DNA of 40,407 nucleotides, taken from positions 1-40,407 of the forward strand of contig RQOI01000661.1 in NCBI GenBank assembly GCA_003854995.1. Direction: 5' to 3'. The position numbers and the translations under genes were made by a program. The notes under the pieces are model-generated. The model was given only the letters and a program-made list of their open reading frames with translations, was not told the origin of the DNA and did not search any database. The DNA comes from Candidatus Zhuqueibacterota bacterium. Its GTDB lineage: Bacteria; Zhuqueibacterota; Zhuqueibacteria; Residuimicrobiales; Krinioviventaceae. Positions 25,110-37,231 of the stretch are shown piece by piece (within the stretch, counting starts at the first letter, position 1; every line of letters begins with the position of its first letter).

Positions 25110-26924
25110 TCACTCATCCGCCAGCTTATCGAGCCAACTTATCTTGAGCAGCAGCGATGACAAGGCGATGGCGACAACGGCGATGAGCAACGCCGGCCAC
25201 CATTTTATCACCAGGAAAATCGGAGCGACGCTGAGCGATGCCTGCCAGACCATTCCGATCAGAATAGTGCGCCAGTGGCGCCCAAAATCGGCATCCCTGG
25301 GCAATTCAGGATACAGCGCGCGCACTTTTTTGTTGATCGGCCCCCAAAAACCCCAGGGACGCACGCGCTGATAAAATCGCATGAGAACCTCATCGGTCTC
25401 TGCTGTGCTGAAAACAGTCCCCAAAAGGCAAAAAAGGAAAGCGATCGCCAAAATGACGAGAAAATGATGCGCCGCGGAAAGGTTTGGCAGGGCGATCGGT
25501 GCGAGCAGCGCTGCCAGGATGCCGGCGAGCATGCCACAAAAGTATCCGCAACCAGTGAAGCGCCACCAGTGCCACTTGAGGATATTGGCCATGGCAAAGC
25601 CGCTCAGCAAGGCAAGCGTGAGCCGCAGCATCTCGCCGCTGATGGATTCGCTGATCAGGCCCAAGCCGACGCCAGCCACCACCATGGCGAGAGAAGCCAT
25701 TCGGCTCGCCAAAATAAGGCTTTTGGTTTCCGCAACCGGATTGATGTAGCGTTTATAGATGTCATTGACGATGTATGCGGACGCGGCATGGACGGTTGCT
25801 GCAAAAGTGGACATGAATGCGGACAAGAATGCTGCGAGCACCAATCCCAGCAGGCCAGCAGGAATGAAATTCCGCACCGTATAGGGCACAATCATGCGCA
25901 AGTCGACAATGCTCCCCATCGCCCGAAGCTTCGGCAAATAAAATACGAGCCCCAGCACCACAAGTCCGGCGGTCAGCATATGGCGGGGAATTAACATGAC
26001 ATTGACGAATCCGCTCATCAGGCTGGCCTCTTTCGGCGATCGCGCAGCCAGAATGCGCTGCATGTCGAAATTCGGCGCTGGACCGGCCATGCTCAGCAAG
26101 ACGCCCCTGAAGAGGATCAGCAAAAACGTCAATGCGAAAAGCGAATAGCCATCTCTGTCAATCTTAAGATTCGCAGCGTTGAGTATGCCGCTCCAATCCA
26201 GATGCAACTGCCAGCTGAAGAAGAGATTTTTCCAGCCGGCAGGAACGATGCTGTCCAGAATGCCCGGAGAGAGAGTGCTCATGGCGATGACGCCGACGGC
26301 GATCGAGGCGATCGCCATGATGATGAACTGCAGCACGGCCGTATAGACGACGCCGAACAGGCCGCCGAGCAAGACGTAAATGGTCGTGATGCCGACGAAC
26401 AGAATGGCGTACAGTCGTGCGGATGTCACGCCCGGGACAATGCCGCCAAGATCCCAGGGAAACAAATGCGTCGACAGCAGTCCAATCACTTGAAAGGCGC
26501 AGCTGATGAGACCGATGACGCTGACGAGGGCAAAAATCACTGTGCTGACGTGCGCGAGCGCAGCGCCGCGGCCGCGGCCAAATCGCGTCGTCATCCATTC
26601 GGCGCCGGTCATGACGTTTGAGCGCCGTAGCCAGATGGAGAGATAGACCATGAAGAATATCTGACTGAACAGGGGCAAGAGCCACGGCAACCAGATGCTT
26701 TTCAGGCCGTAGACGAAGAGGAGGTAGACCAACCACAGGATGCCGTTGATATCAAACATGCTCGAGGCATTTGACAGACCAAGTATGTACCACGGCAGTC
26801 CGCGATCGGCAAGAAAATAAGAGTCCAGGCTCCTGGATGCTTTTTTTACAAAAAAGAGGCCGATGAATACCGTCGCCAGCAGATAAACGACAATGATGCC
26901 CAGATCAATGGTGTGCAGCGGCAT
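25110..26924 (-). CDS. sodium:solute symporter (SSF) family transporter
   Basis: 604 aa and highly hydrophobic with many predicted TM segments. The N-terminal region (YFLADRGLPWYILGLSNASSMFDI) has an SSF-like layout. Paralogue of the adjacent gene. Confidence 0.85.
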   Translation of the reverse strand: MPLHTIDLGIIVVYLLATVFIGLFFVKKASRSLDSYFLADRGLPWYILGLSNASSMFDINGILWLVYLLFVYGLKSIWLPWLLPLFSQIFFMVYLSIWLRRSNVMTGAEWMTTRFGRGRGAALAHVSTVIFALVSVIGLISCAFQVIGLLSTHLFPWDLGGIVPGVTSARLYAILFVGITTIYVLLGGLFGVVYTAVLQFIIMAIASIAVGVIAMSTLSPGILDSIVPAGWKNLFFSWQLHLDWSGILNAANLKIDRDGYSLFALTFLLILFRGVLLSMAGPAPNFDMQRILAARSPKEASLMSGFVNVMLIPRHMLTAGLVVLGLVFYLPKLRAMGSIVDLRMIVPYTVRNFIPAGLLGLVLAAFLSAFMSTFAATVHAASAYIVNDIYKRYINPVAETKSLILASRMASLAMVVAGVGLGLISESISGEMLRLTLALLSGFAMANILKWHWWRFTGCGYFCGMLAGILAALLAPIALPNLSAAHHFLVILAIAFLFCLLGTVFSTAETDEVLMRFYQRVRPWGFWGPINKKVRALYPELPRDADFGRHWRTILIGMVWQASLSVAPIFLVIKWWPALLIAVVAIALSSLLLKISWLDKLADE

Positions 26925-26958
26925 ATGATTCCCGCTTTTTTACAATCGCAAATAGAAC

Positions 26959-28791
26959 CTAGTCTTTTAACTTGTCCCACCAATTCAACTTGATGAAAAG
27001 GCTTGTGAGCAGAACGACCACAGCGGCGATGGCAAAACTTGAATAATTTTTCAGAACAAGAAAGACCGGCAACACCAGCAGAGCGGTTTGCCAGACAATG
27101 CCGACAACGACGTTGATCATATCGCGCTTGAAATCTTTATTGGCGCGAAAATCCGGATTGATGGCCATCGTCTTGTCGTGTATGGGCTTCCAAAAGCCCC
27201 AGGGACGAACGCGACTGTAAAAGCCGATGAGTACGCTGTCCTCTTCCGGTTTGCTGAGCAGCGTCGCGATGATCGAACCGAAGAAAGAGATGCCAAATAT
27301 GATCGGGAAACTCTCCATGGCATTGACCGGCGGAATGACGCCAAATCTGTTCGCGGCGGGCAAGATGATCGCGCCGAGGATGCCGGACATCATGCCCCAG
27401 AAATAGCCGTGGCCGTTGAAACGCCACCAGTACCATTTGAGCACGTTCGGCGCCGCATATCCTCCCCACAAGGCGGACGTGATCCACAGCGTGACCTGGT
27501 TTATCGATTCGGACATAAAGCCAAAGACAATGCCTAAAATGACAAAGACGAGTGAAATGATGTAACTCATGCGGATCAGCTGTTTATTGCTGGCATCCGG
27601 CTTGATGTATCGCTTGTAGATGTCATTCACAACATAGGCAGGCGCAGCGTTCACCGTCGCCGCAAAAGTCGACATGAACGCAGAGAGCAACCCGGCGAGC
27701 AAGATGCCCGTCAGACCAACCGGGATGAAATTCTTGATGGCAAAAGGCAGAATCTGCTCAAAGTCAACATGCGAACCCATCTTGAGCAGTTCCGGGGTGA
27801 AGAAAGCGATCGCCAATACCGTCAATCCGGCGATCATCATGTAGCGCGGGAAAAACAAGGCGACACTGACAAAGCCGCTCATTTTGCCCGCGTCTTTGGG
27901 GCTTTTTGTCGCCAGGATGCGCTGCATATCATAATTGGGCGCCGGACCGGCCATGGAGATGAGAATGCCCTTGAACATCATCATCATGAAAAAGGCGCCG
28001 AACATGCCGCCGAACAGCGTATAGTCATCGGCCGCAATCTTGTCCATGACAGACGGCACGAGATTGGACCAATCCATTTTAAGCTGCCAGCCAAAAAAGA
28101 GATTGCCCCATCCCTCCGGCACAAGCCTCGCCACCATCTGCGGGGAGACTTTCATCATGGCGATGATGCCGACCGCGATGGAAGCAATGGTCATGATGAT
28201 GAATTGCAGCACTTCGGTGAAAACTACGCTGAACATACCGCCTGCAATGACATAAAAGCTCGTCACACCCATGAAAATAATGGCATAGATATTCGCTGTC
28301 GCCTGCTCGCCGCCAAAACTCCATGGCAAAATGGTGGCGGCAAATTTCCCGATTCCCTGAAAGTCGTATGCCAGAAAGCCGATCACGCTCACCAGGGCAA
28401 AGACGACCACAGAGATGTGCGAGAGCGTCGATCCAATATTCTTGCCAAATCGGGTGGTGATCCACTCGGCGCCGGTCAGCACATTCGAGCGCCGCAGCCA
28501 GGCGGAGAGAAACATCATGAGGAAGATCTGGTTGAAGATCGGCCACACCCAGGGCAAAAAGGCGCTCTTTACACCGTAGACAAACATGATATAGACAAGC
28601 CACATGGTGCCCGTGATGTCGAACATGCCGGAGGCATTTGATACGCCGAGAATGTACCACGGCATATTCTTGTCGCCAAGAAAGTATGAATTGAGATTTT
28701 TTGCCGCCCGTTTGCGGATGTACAGGCCGATAAAGATCGTCGCTGCAATATAAGCCACGATGATGAGAACATCAACAATATGAAGGTCCAT
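26959..28791 (-). CDS. sodium:solute symporter (SSF) family transporter (tandem paralogue)
   Basis: 610 aa and colinear with the 25110-26924 product. Shared blocks include PWYILG.SNAS.MFDI, LRRSNV.TGAEW.TTRFG, MAGPAPN.DMQRILA and RVRPWGFW. Confidence 0.85.
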   Translation of the reverse strand: MDLHIVDVLIIVAYIAATIFIGLYIRKRAAKNLNSYFLGDKNMPWYILGVSNASGMFDITGTMWLVYIMFVYGVKSAFLPWVWPIFNQIFLMMFLSAWLRRSNVLTGAEWITTRFGKNIGSTLSHISVVVFALVSVIGFLAYDFQGIGKFAATILPWSFGGEQATANIYAIIFMGVTSFYVIAGGMFSVVFTEVLQFIIMTIASIAVGIIAMMKVSPQMVARLVPEGWGNLFFGWQLKMDWSNLVPSVMDKIAADDYTLFGGMFGAFFMMMMFKGILISMAGPAPNYDMQRILATKSPKDAGKMSGFVSVALFFPRYMMIAGLTVLAIAFFTPELLKMGSHVDFEQILPFAIKNFIPVGLTGILLAGLLSAFMSTFAATVNAAPAYVVNDIYKRYIKPDASNKQLIRMSYIISLVFVILGIVFGFMSESINQVTLWITSALWGGYAAPNVLKWYWWRFNGHGYFWGMMSGILGAIILPAANRFGVIPPVNAMESFPIIFGISFFGSIIATLLSKPEEDSVLIGFYSRVRPWGFWKPIHDKTMAINPDFRANKDFKRDMINVVVGIVWQTALLVLPVFLVLKNYSSFAIAAVVVLLTSLFIKLNWWDKLKD

Positions 28792-28859
28792 AAGCGCCTC
28801 TCGGAGATGTTTGCTGTTTAAAAATGCAAAAAATTTCGAACCAAATTAAAATAACCAAC

Positions 28860-32003
<3,144 letters not shown>

Positions 32004-32750
32004 TTACTTCTTTGGCTTATACACGGCGATGATTTTGTTGTCCGGTGCAAATGAAAGGCCTGGCTGGCCTTTGTCTTTATAGTCAATGTTGGCCACAACA
32101 TAGCGAATCGATTCCAGCCGGGCGCGCTGCTTGTCATTGCCATTGATGAGGATCCAGGGACTATAGTCGCGATGCGTCTTTTCAAACATATAGTCCTTGA
32201 AACGGGTATATTCATGCCACTTTCGCTGCGCCTCTATATCCGTGGTGCTCAGCTTCCACTGTTTGAAAGGATTCTGAGCGCGGGCGTGCAGTCGTCTTTT
32301 TTGCTCTCCGATGCTGATGGAGTACCAAAATTTGAACATGATGATGCCCTCTTCCCACAGCATGCGTTCCAGCTTGGGGACCTGCCGTATGAAGCGCTTG
32401 TATTCATCATTGGTGCAAAAACCCATCACGGGTTCGACCACACCGCGATTGTACCAACTGCGATCAAAAAAGACGATCTCGCCGATGGTTGGCAGTTCCT
32501 TGATGTAACGCTGAAAATACCACTGACCGCGCTCACGGTCGGAGGGCTTTGGGAGAGCGACTGCCCTGGCTGTTCTGGGATTCAAAAAACGCATGAAGCG
32601 TCGAATGGCGCCGCCTTTGCCGGCCGTGTCGCGGCCTTCAAAGATGATGAGAACGCGCTTGTTTTCCTTCTGCACCCATTTCTGCAGCTTGACCAGTTCC
32701 AGCTGCAGGGCGCGCAATTCCTCTTTATAGCTCATCGGTCCACTCATCAA
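32004..32750 (-). CDS. ppk2: polyphosphate kinase 2 (single-domain PPK2)
   Basis: Has FEGRDTAGKGGAIRR (Walker A), WYFQRY, FFDRSWYNR. The start is ambiguous: TTG 32750, ATG 32747 or ATG 32735. MSYKEELRALQLELVKLQ looks like the family N-terminus. Confidence 0.9.
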   Translation of the reverse strand: MMSGPMSYKEELRALQLELVKLQKWVQKENKRVLIIFEGRDTAGKGGAIRRFMRFLNPRTARAVALPKPSDRERGQWYFQRYIKELPTIGEIVFFDRSWYNRGVVEPVMGFCTNDEYKRFIRQVPKLERMLWEEGIIMFKFWYSISIGEQKRRLHARAQNPFKQWKLSTTDIEAQRKWHEYTRFKDYMFEKTHRDYSPWILINGNDKQRARLESIRYVVANIDYKDKGQPGLSFAPDNKIIAVYKPKK

Positions 32751-32767
32751 AGGCTGTTGACGAAATG

Positions 32768-32795
32768 AAAAAGCCCGTCATCTGGCATGACAGGC
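32768..32795 (-). terminator. rho-independent terminator after tRNA-Arg
   Basis: The minus strand reads GCCUGUCAU-GCCAG-AUGACGGGC followed by UUUUU. This is a 9-bp stem containing one G.U that would be a C.A mismatch on the plus strand, which supports minus-strand function. It begins 5 nt after the tRNA 3' end. Confidence 0.8.
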
Positions 32796-32800
32796 TCGAG

Positions 32801-32874
<74 letters not shown>

Positions 32875-32876
32875 AG

Positions 32877-33764
32877 CTAGTCTAATTTAAGAAATTTTTT
32901 TGCAGATTTCACGGTATTTTTTAATAAAAATGCGCGCGTCATGGGACCGACTCCACCGGGGACGGGTGTGATCGCTGACGCAACTTTATGCACGGCGGCG
33001 AAATCGACGTCGCCGACCAGCCGATAGCCCCGTTTGGCGCTCGAATCTTCAATACGGTTGACGCCGACATCGATGACCACAGCGCCGGGCTTTATCATTT
33101 CGGCACTGATCAGCGCCGGCCGGCCGACAGCAGCGACGAGGATGTCCGCCTGTTGAGTATAAGGCTTTAAATCGCCGGATCCGGTGTGGCACACGGTGAC
33201 CGTGGCATTTGCCCAGGGTTTCTTCTGCATCATCATGATGGCGAACGGTTTGCCGACAATAGTGCTGCGCCCGACTACGACCACGTGTTTACCTTTGGGA
33301 TCAATTTTGTATTCGACTAAAAGCGCCTGTATGCCGGCCGGCGTGCAGGGCAGAAAACAGTCGACGCCGGCGACCATTCTGCCAACATTCACCGGATGAA
33401 AGCCGTCCACATCTTTATCTGGTGAGATCGCCGCAATGACCTTTTCTTCCGAGATCTGGTGCGGCAAAGGCAGTTGCACGAGTATGCCGTGCACACTGGC
33501 GTCGTGATTAAAGCGGTCGATGAGCGCCAACAGCTCCTCTTCCGACGTCTCCGTTCCCAGGCGGGTGGTCTGGCCGAGTATGCCGATCCTTTCGCAATCC
33601 TTCTGCTTCATGGCGACATAGCTTTGTGCCGCTGGATCGTCTCCCACCAGAATGACTTCAAGACGCGGGTGACAGCCGCGCTCGCGCAACTGGACGATCT
33701 CGGTCTCGAGTTGAACGCGTATTTTCTCTGCCGTCGCGTTGCCGTCAATGATCAGTGCACTCAT
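32877..33764 (-). CDS. folD: bifunctional methylenetetrahydrofolate dehydrogenase / methenyl-THF cyclohydrolase
   Basis: Has LVGDDPAAQSYV, HGILVQLPLP, VVVGRSTIVGKP and TPVPGGVGPMT. 295 aa. Confidence 0.95.
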   Translation of the reverse strand: MSALIIDGNATAEKIRVQLETEIVQLRERGCHPRLEVILVGDDPAAQSYVAMKQKDCERIGILGQTTRLGTETSEEELLALIDRFNHDASVHGILVQLPLPHQISEEKVIAAISPDKDVDGFHPVNVGRMVAGVDCFLPCTPAGIQALLVEYKIDPKGKHVVVVGRSTIVGKPFAIMMMQKKPWANATVTVCHTGSGDLKPYTQQADILVAAVGRPALISAEMIKPGAVVIDVGVNRIEDSSAKRGYRLVGDVDFAAVHKVASAITPVPGGVGPMTRAFLLKNTVKSAKKFLKLD

Positions 33765-33816
33765 ACTTCTCCTGTCATTTGAGATAGCAAGTTTGCTGCA
33801 TGCATCCGTTCATCAT

Positions 33817-34617
33817 TCAAGGCAAATTAATTCTTTCGATGCTCTGCGCGTGGCCGGTTTCGGCATCAATCCTGACGACGACGCCATTGATTCGATTGTT
33901 CGCCGTGGCCACCTGGTAGAACTCGGGTATGCCGCTGATGAATCTTTTTATCGCCACATCCACGTCGAGGCCGATGACAGAATCGTTCGGACCGGTCATG
34001 CCCGCGTCAGTGATAAAGGCCGTGCCTTTCGGTAGAATGCGTTCATCCGCGGTCTGCACGTGCGTGTGCGTGCCGATCACCGCACTGACTCTGCCGTCAA
34101 AGTGCCACCCCAGAGCCAGCTTTTCAGCCGTTGCTTCGGCATGCACATCGACGATGATGATTTTGGTCTGCTGCCTGAGTCGTTCGATCTCTTGCATGCC
34201 GCGCTTGAATGGGCAATCGATCGGATACATGAATGCCCGTCCCTGCAGGTTCAGGACGCCGATGGAAAAGCCGCTTTCAGTTTGCAGGACCGTAGCGCCC
34301 TTGCCCGGCGCTTCATCAGGATAGTTGGCCGGTCTGAGCACTCGATTGGACTGATCGAGATAGCGCCGAAAAGAGGCATAGGTCCATGAATGATTGCCGC
34401 CGGTGACGACATCGACGCCAAGCGTGGTGTACTGTTTGACGAGATTCTCCGTCGTTCCCTTGCCCTTCTCGCCGTTCTCACCATTGATGACGCAGAGATC
34501 TGCGTCGAACTTTTTTTTCAGCGATGGCAGATAGGTCGCCAGGATGCCATATCCCGGTTTGCCGACGACATCGGCGATGAAAAGTACAGTTGCTGTCGGT
34601 TTGGCCATCTTGTTCAT
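33817..34617 (-). CDS. ymdB: YmdB-family metallophosphoesterase (TIGR00282-type)
   Basis: Has LFIADVVGKPG, NGENGEKGKG, GGNHSW, DVHAEATAEK and GTHTHVQTADE. It lies directly downstream of rny, as in Bacillus. Confidence 0.9.
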   Translation of the reverse strand: MNKMAKPTATVLFIADVVGKPGYGILATYLPSLKKKFDADLCVINGENGEKGKGTTENLVKQYTTLGVDVVTGGNHSWTYASFRRYLDQSNRVLRPANYPDEAPGKGATVLQTESGFSIGVLNLQGRAFMYPIDCPFKRGMQEIERLRQQTKIIIVDVHAEATAEKLALGWHFDGRVSAVIGTHTHVQTADERILPKGTAFITDAGMTGPNDSVIGLDVDVAIKRFISGIPEFYQVATANNRINGVVVRIDAETGHAQSIERINLP

Positions 34618-34623
34618 CCTGTC

Positions 34624-36189
34624 TCACTTTGCATAGCCGACGGCGCGAGTCTCGCGGATGACCGTCACTTTAATCTGACCCGGATATTCCATCTCGTTCT
34701 GGATTTTTTCCGCAATGTCCGTGCTCAATTGGCTCGCCATTGCATCATCGACTTTTTCGTGTTCCACCATGACGCGAATCTCGCGGCCCGCCTGAATGGC
34801 ATACGCGTTGCTGACGCCGCTGAAGGAGCGGGCAAGAGCCTCGAGGTTTTCGAGCCTTTTAATGTAGGTTTCGAGCGTCTCGCGTCGGGCGCCTGGTCGG
34901 GAGCCGCTCACAGCATCAGCGGCTTTCACCAGCACAGAGATCGGCGAAATCGCCTCGACATCCTCATGATGCGAGGCAATGGCATTGACGACCACTGGTC
35001 CTTCGCCGTATTTTTTCGCCACTTCGGCGCCGATTTGCGAATGCGTTCCCTCGGTGTAGCGGTCGATCGCTTTGCCGATATCGTGCAGCAGACCGGCGCG
35101 TTTTGCCAGTGCGCCATCCAGACCAAGCTGAGTGGCCATCAGACCGGCCAGGTAGCTCACCTCGATCGCATGCTGCAGATTGTTCTGTCCATAGCTCGTG
35201 CGATACTTGAGCTTGCCGAGCAATCTCTTGATCTCGATATGGGTGTCGGTCACGCCGGCTTCAAAGAGTGCTTTATCGCCAATTTCGACGAGTTTTTCTT
35301 CCATCTCTTCCGTCGTCTTGGTCACCACTTCTTCGTTGCGCGCCGGGTGAATTCTCCCATCTGAGACCAATCTTTCCAGCGCCACCTTGGCGACTTCACG
35401 ACGGAACGGATCAAATCCAGAGAGGACGACGGCCTCCGGCGTATCATCGACAATCACTTCGACGCCGGTGGCCTGTTCGAACGAGCGGATATTGCGGCCT
35501 TCGCGACCGATAATTCGACCTTTCATCTCATCGTTCGGCAAATTGACGACAGAGACGGTCGTTTCAGTGGAATGATCCGCTGCGGTGCGCTGGATCGCCT
35601 GAATGATGATCTCGCGCGCCTCACGATTGGCGATCTGGCGCGCGTTGTCCTTTATCTCCTTCATTTCTCTGGCAGAATCCTGTTTCGCCTTTTCCAGCAA
35701 GTTGGACATGAGAATCTTGCGCGCTTCTTCGTTGGTGATGCCGCTCATCTTTTCAAGCTGGCGATTTTGTTCCTCGATTTTTACGGTCAAATCGTGCTGC
35801 AGTTTTTCAACCCGTTCTTCACGGCCTTTCAGCTGGTTTTGCTGCGCTTTCATCTCTTCTTCCTGCTTGGTCAAAAAGTCATGCTTGCGATCAAGATTTC
35901 GTTCGCGCGACACCAGCTTGCTTTCGAGCTTGTTCAGCTCATTCCGTTTATTTTTGGTCTCGTTATCAACCTCCTGTTTGTAGCGCAGCGCTTCGTCTTT
36001 GGCTTCAAGCATTTTCTCTTTTTTGATCGCACGAGACTCTTTTTCAGCCTCGGCGATGATTTTTTCAGCCAATTTTTCAGCATTCGCCACTTTTCCTCTG
36101 CCCACATATCTTGACACAAGCCAGCCAGCAACGAATGCCAGCAATCCGCTCGCTGCTGCCGCTATAGCTGTCATCATATTCGTTTCCAT
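34624..36189 (-). CDS. rny: ribonuclease Y
   Basis: N-terminal TM segment, then a long K/E-rich coiled coil. KH domain (GRIIGREGRNIRSFE) and HD domain (LLHDIGKA...ASHHED). 521 aa. GGAGG lies 4 nt upstream of the ATG. Confidence 0.95.
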   Translation of the reverse strand: METNMMTAIAAAASGLLAFVAGWLVSRYVGRGKVANAEKLAEKIIAEAEKESRAIKKEKMLEAKDEALRYKQEVDNETKNKRNELNKLESKLVSRERNLDRKHDFLTKQEEEMKAQQNQLKGREERVEKLQHDLTVKIEEQNRQLEKMSGITNEEARKILMSNLLEKAKQDSAREMKEIKDNARQIANREAREIIIQAIQRTAADHSTETTVSVVNLPNDEMKGRIIGREGRNIRSFEQATGVEVIVDDTPEAVVLSGFDPFRREVAKVALERLVSDGRIHPARNEEVVTKTTEEMEEKLVEIGDKALFEAGVTDTHIEIKRLLGKLKYRTSYGQNNLQHAIEVSYLAGLMATQLGLDGALAKRAGLLHDIGKAIDRYTEGTHSQIGAEVAKKYGEGPVVVNAIASHHEDVEAISPISVLVKAADAVSGSRPGARRETLETYIKRLENLEALARSFSGVSNAYAIQAGREIRVMVEHEKVDDAMASQLSTDIAEKIQNEMEYPGQIKVTVIRETRAVGYAK

Positions 36190-36201
36190 AATGCCTCCGG
36201 C

Positions 36202-36232
36202 AAAAAAAATCCCAGAAGTTGCTCTGTTCTGG
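36202..36232 (-). terminator. terminator-like hairpin plus U8 tract immediately upstream of rny
   Basis: The minus strand reads CCAGAA-CAGAGCAAC-UUCUGG, then GA, then UUUUUUUU (36209-36202). The stem is only 6 bp with a 9-nt loop, but the U-tract is the longest in the window. It ends 3 nt before the rny SD. Confidence 0.5.
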
Positions 36233-36235
36233 TAT

Positions 36236-36263
36236 ATGATAGAGCATCTCTCTCATGGTTCAT
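36236..36263 (-). promoter_or_regulatory. weak candidate promoter for rny overlapping the terminator
   Basis: The minus strand reads ATGAAC (36263-36258), a 16-nt spacer, then TATCAT (36241-36236). The predicted start site would fall inside the 5' arm of the 36202-36232 hairpin. Sequence match only. Confidence 0.25.
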
Positions 36264-36352
36264 GAGGGAAATGGACAGAAGCAGAATCGCGCAATCTGGG
36301 ATCAGACAATCGAAAGAATCAAAACGACTGACTCTCGTATTTCAGGTTGGAC

Positions 36353-36676
36353 TCAAATCCTTGTAGGACTATCCTCCGATTTTTCCTGGATGCCAAGTTC
36401 CAATTTATCAGCTAACTTTATGATTTTCGTCTGCAAGTCTTTGAATTCTTCAGTTCCCTGTTGGCGAAGCTGAAACAGCTCGCCTGTGATATTCAGAGCG
36501 GCAAGAATGGCAATTTGGTGTAGTGGCCGGCTGGGTTTAGCCGCTTGTATTTCTCTCATTTTTCCGTCGACATACTCGGCGATATTATATACATCACCAT
36601 TGTCGGCGGCATTGGATCTGAGAGTGTATTCGGATCCAAAGATATTGACTTTGACGTTTTTCTTTTCGATTTCCAT
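36353..36676 (-). CDS. zapA: cell division protein ZapA
   Basis: 107 aa with VKVNIFGSEYTLRS, IAEYVDGKMREI and IAILAALNITGELF, all typical of ZapA. Confidence 0.85.
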   Translation of the reverse strand: MEIEKKNVKVNIFGSEYTLRSNAADNGDVYNIAEYVDGKMREIQAAKPSRPLHQIAILAALNITGELFQLRQQGTEEFKDLQTKIIKLADKLELGIQEKSEDSPTRI

Positions 36677-36734
36677 GCAAACTTGACATTACGAGAGTCG
36701 CTACAAAGAATCGTGTCGTCAGGATGCTCGCCGC

Positions 36735-37025
36735 TCATTCAAGCAACCGGATCTTGTCGATTTTATCGACGAGCTCCTGAATCCGATTTCTGAGCTTTTT
36801 TTCTCTTTCCTGATATTCAAAGAGGGCGCGCGCATCCGCGCTTGATTCAGCTTCTGCTAATTCTCTCTCGAGTTGTTCGATTCGAACATTCTGGCCCGAA
36901 AGAGCCTGCTCCAGTTCTTTTTTTTCGTGAATGAGCGTATTTATCGACTGCTGCTGCTCCGTGATCTTTTTGAGCGCCTGATAAATACGATTTTCTAACA
37001 AGTCTAAAATATTATTTTCAATCAT
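36735..37025 (-). CDS. small coiled-coil protein (ZapB-like, putative)
   Basis: Heptad-rich sequence (LEQALSGQNVRIEQLERELAEAE...) directly upstream of zapA. The track ORF starts at GTG 37043. I prefer the ATG at 37025 (MIENNILDLLENRIYQ). Function is inferred only from composition and position. Confidence 0.5.
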   Translation of the reverse strand: MIENNILDLLENRIYQALKKITEQQQSINTLIHEKKELEQALSGQNVRIEQLERELAEAESSADARALFEYQEREKKLRNRIQELVDKIDKIRLLE

Positions 37026-37055
37026 TCCATAACCCAGTCGCACTAAAAATATCTG

Positions 37056-37083
37056 ATGATATTCGGCTACCGTTTATTGTCAT
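37056..37083 (-). promoter_or_regulatory. weak candidate promoter for the zapB-like/zapA pair
   Basis: The minus strand reads ATGACA (37083-37078), a 16-nt spacer, then TATCAT (37061-37056). An alternative is TTGACT (37115-37110), 17 nt, TACGTT (37092-37087). That alternative sits inside a 7-bp inverted repeat, TCAGGAA (37101-37107) / TTCCTGA (37122-37128). Sequence match only. Confidence 0.25.
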
Positions 37084-37231
37084 GGAAACGTACGTCGTTT
37101 TCAGGAAAAAGTCAATGAAAATTCCTGAGATACGATCACGCAAGATTTTTCAGGCTCTATATTTCCAGAGAGGTTAAAAGCGAACCGCAGAGTTCACCGA
37201 GGAGCGCAGAGAAAGCCTTTGGCCAAAACCA

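Noticed and set aside
26164-26736. A 190-aa Arg/His-rich minus-strand ORF overlaps the first SSF transporter gene in another frame.
   Set aside because: It is an out-of-frame overlap with a gene that has a clear, paralogue-supported reading frame. Its composition (R/H/P-rich) is typical of off-frame translation.
36190-36352. The zapA-rny gap might encode 6S RNA (ssrS), by analogy with the E. coli zapA-ssrS arrangement.
   Set aside because: The transcribable stretch is only about 150 nt. I could not find the long end-to-end helix with a central bubble that defines 6S RNA, only two short local hairpins. cmscan would settle it. I kept the region as a leader/attenuator candidate instead.
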